DNA of 35,626 nucleotides, from positions 1 through 35,626 of IMG/VR virus record IMGVR_UViG_3300021375_000088. One strand, written 5' to 3'. The stretch comes from a virus (Duplodnaviria > Caudoviricetes). The notes beneath the pieces were generated by a model. That model saw only the letters and a list, made by a program, of their open reading frames with translations, did no database searches and was not told the origin of the DNA. The number at the start of each line of letters is the position of its first letter. Position 1 is the stretch's first letter. The position numbers were made by a program, and so were the translations under genes. This document shows, piece after piece, positions 34,562 through 35,626 of the stretch.

Positions 34562-34951
34562 GTGGCTAGAGATGTTTACGCTTTTAGTAATGGAAAATAT
34601 TCTGATTGGCACAGAAAATATGACGGAATTGCTTACATCGATGTAGATTCTGTTGAATGCTGTATGTATTGTTACGAACCTTTAGCTATTATTGAGACTT
34701 GTTATGACAAAGGTCAGAAATTTAAGGCTACAACCCTCTCAAAGATCATCGCTAGTCGCTTAAATATACCCTGTTTTTTAGTATTCTATAAGGAACTGGA
34801 CAACACAAGCCTAACCTTTAGGATCAAGCGTATACGCAGCTCTCAGACCGAATTTCAGCTTATGAATGAGAATGAATGGGTAGAAATATTAAGAACTTTG
34901 CACGACCACCACAAAACACTATGTAAATCAACCAAACGAAAGGAAAAATAA
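34562..34951 (+). CDS. Putative restriction-endonuclease-fold protein
   Basis: IDVD.VE, CxxC, AIIET; probable GTG start after AGGA. Confidence 0.6.
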   Translation: MARDVYAFSNGKYSDWHRKYDGIAYIDVDSVECCMYCYEPLAIIETCYDKGQKFKATTLSKIIASRLNIPCFLVFYKELDNTSLTFRIKRIRSSQTEFQLMNENEWVEILRTLHDHHKTLCKSTKRKEK

Positions 34952-35626
34952 TGAACACATCAAGAGGATTCTTACACATTACCTATAAGGTATATCACCA
35001 CTTAGATCTGGTGGATGGAGAAAAAAAATCTCATTGTCTCAATGTTTTATTATCTGTAATGAAATATGCCTGGAAGAAAAATGGATATAGAGCAGATTTA
35101 AGGCATGAAACAATTCATAAAGATACTGGTCTTTGCCGAACCACTATTAAGTCATGCTTAGAAACTCTTAATAAATTAAATATTGTTAAATCTATTAGAG
35201 GTAGATCTGGTAAAACTTATATTGTTAATGAGATATTTTTAAAGGTTGAGAAAACTTATGAGAATTTTGAAAAACCTCAGATAGCCGTTAAACCTACACA
35301 AGATAGCCGTTTTACGGCTACATTAGAAGAAGAATTAAGTATTAATAATATAGGTAAAATAGTTAAGAGATTAGCAGGGGATAAGGAGAAGATAATAAAC
35401 GAATTATCAACCCTACCTATTGAAGAACTAAAAACAGATAAATCTAACCCATATTATTGTAAACTTGCTATTGAGAAAAAAGAAGATTCTGGAAAATCAT
35501 ATGTATCTTCAGATAAAATTTTATCTGCATTGTCCAATTTAAAAAACCAAAGAAAAAAAGCTAACCCCTTTTACAAAGCTAAAGTTGAATACAATAAAAG
35601 AAACAATCTAAACTGGAAAGGAGAAC
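34951..35626 (+). CDS. Putative wHTH replication initiator (lambda O-like); runs off the window and ends at 413
   Basis: LRHETIHKDTGLCRTTIKSCLETLNKLNIV HTH, wing RGRSGKTY, internal iteron-like repeats; absent from the ORF track. Confidence 0.75.
   Translation, partial: MNTSRGFLHITYKVYHHLDLVDGEKKSHCLNVLLSVMKYAWKKNGYRADLRHETIHKDTGLCRTTIKSCLETLNKLNIVKSIRGRSGKTYIVNEIFLKVEKTYENFEKPQIAVKPTQDSRFTATLEEELSINNIGKIVKRLAGDKEKIINELSTLPIEELKTDKSNPYYCKLAIEKKEDSGKSYVSSDKILSALSNLKNQRKKANPFYKAKVEYNKRNNLNWKGE
35231..35626. repeat. Terminal direct repeat, copy 2
   Basis: Matches 1-396 with 5 substitutions. Confidence 0.97.

Noticed and set aside
31148-34612. ORFs 31148, 31738, 31821, 33560 (+) and 34358 (-)
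   Set aside because: Opposite to recognisable genes; shadows

Overview
Near-complete genome of an AT-rich tailed podophage. Bases 1-396 recur at 35231-35626, giving a circular map of about 35,230 bp. Gene content and order fit the marine HTVC010P-like pelagiphage type (probable SAR11/alphaproteobacterial host; inferred, not database-checked). Four transcription blocks: (1) a rightward replication/packaging block from ~34120 across the junction to 1237, with a wHTH initiator containing internal iteron-like repeats and ending in TerS; (2) a leftward cassette of ~18 tiny early genes (1234-5022), most with a shared GAAAGG-type leader; (3) after a 430-bp non-coding region, a rightward late block (5464-30941): TerL, portal, scaffold, MCP, tail tubes, ejection proteins, tail fibres, M15 endolysin, holin and many basic micro-proteins; (4) a leftward recombination block (34038-30931): PD-(D/E)XK exonuclease, ERF, SSB-like protein, DUF3310 and a stand-alone DnaA domain IV protein. 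No DNA or RNA polymerase, helicase, integrase, tRNA, CRISPR or reverse transcriptase was recognised. The most unusual signal is a pair of intergenic stem-loops (1481-1504 and 32055-32100) whose transcribed strands are antisense to ribosome-binding sites in the other operon, a candidate reciprocal RNA-RNA translational switch.
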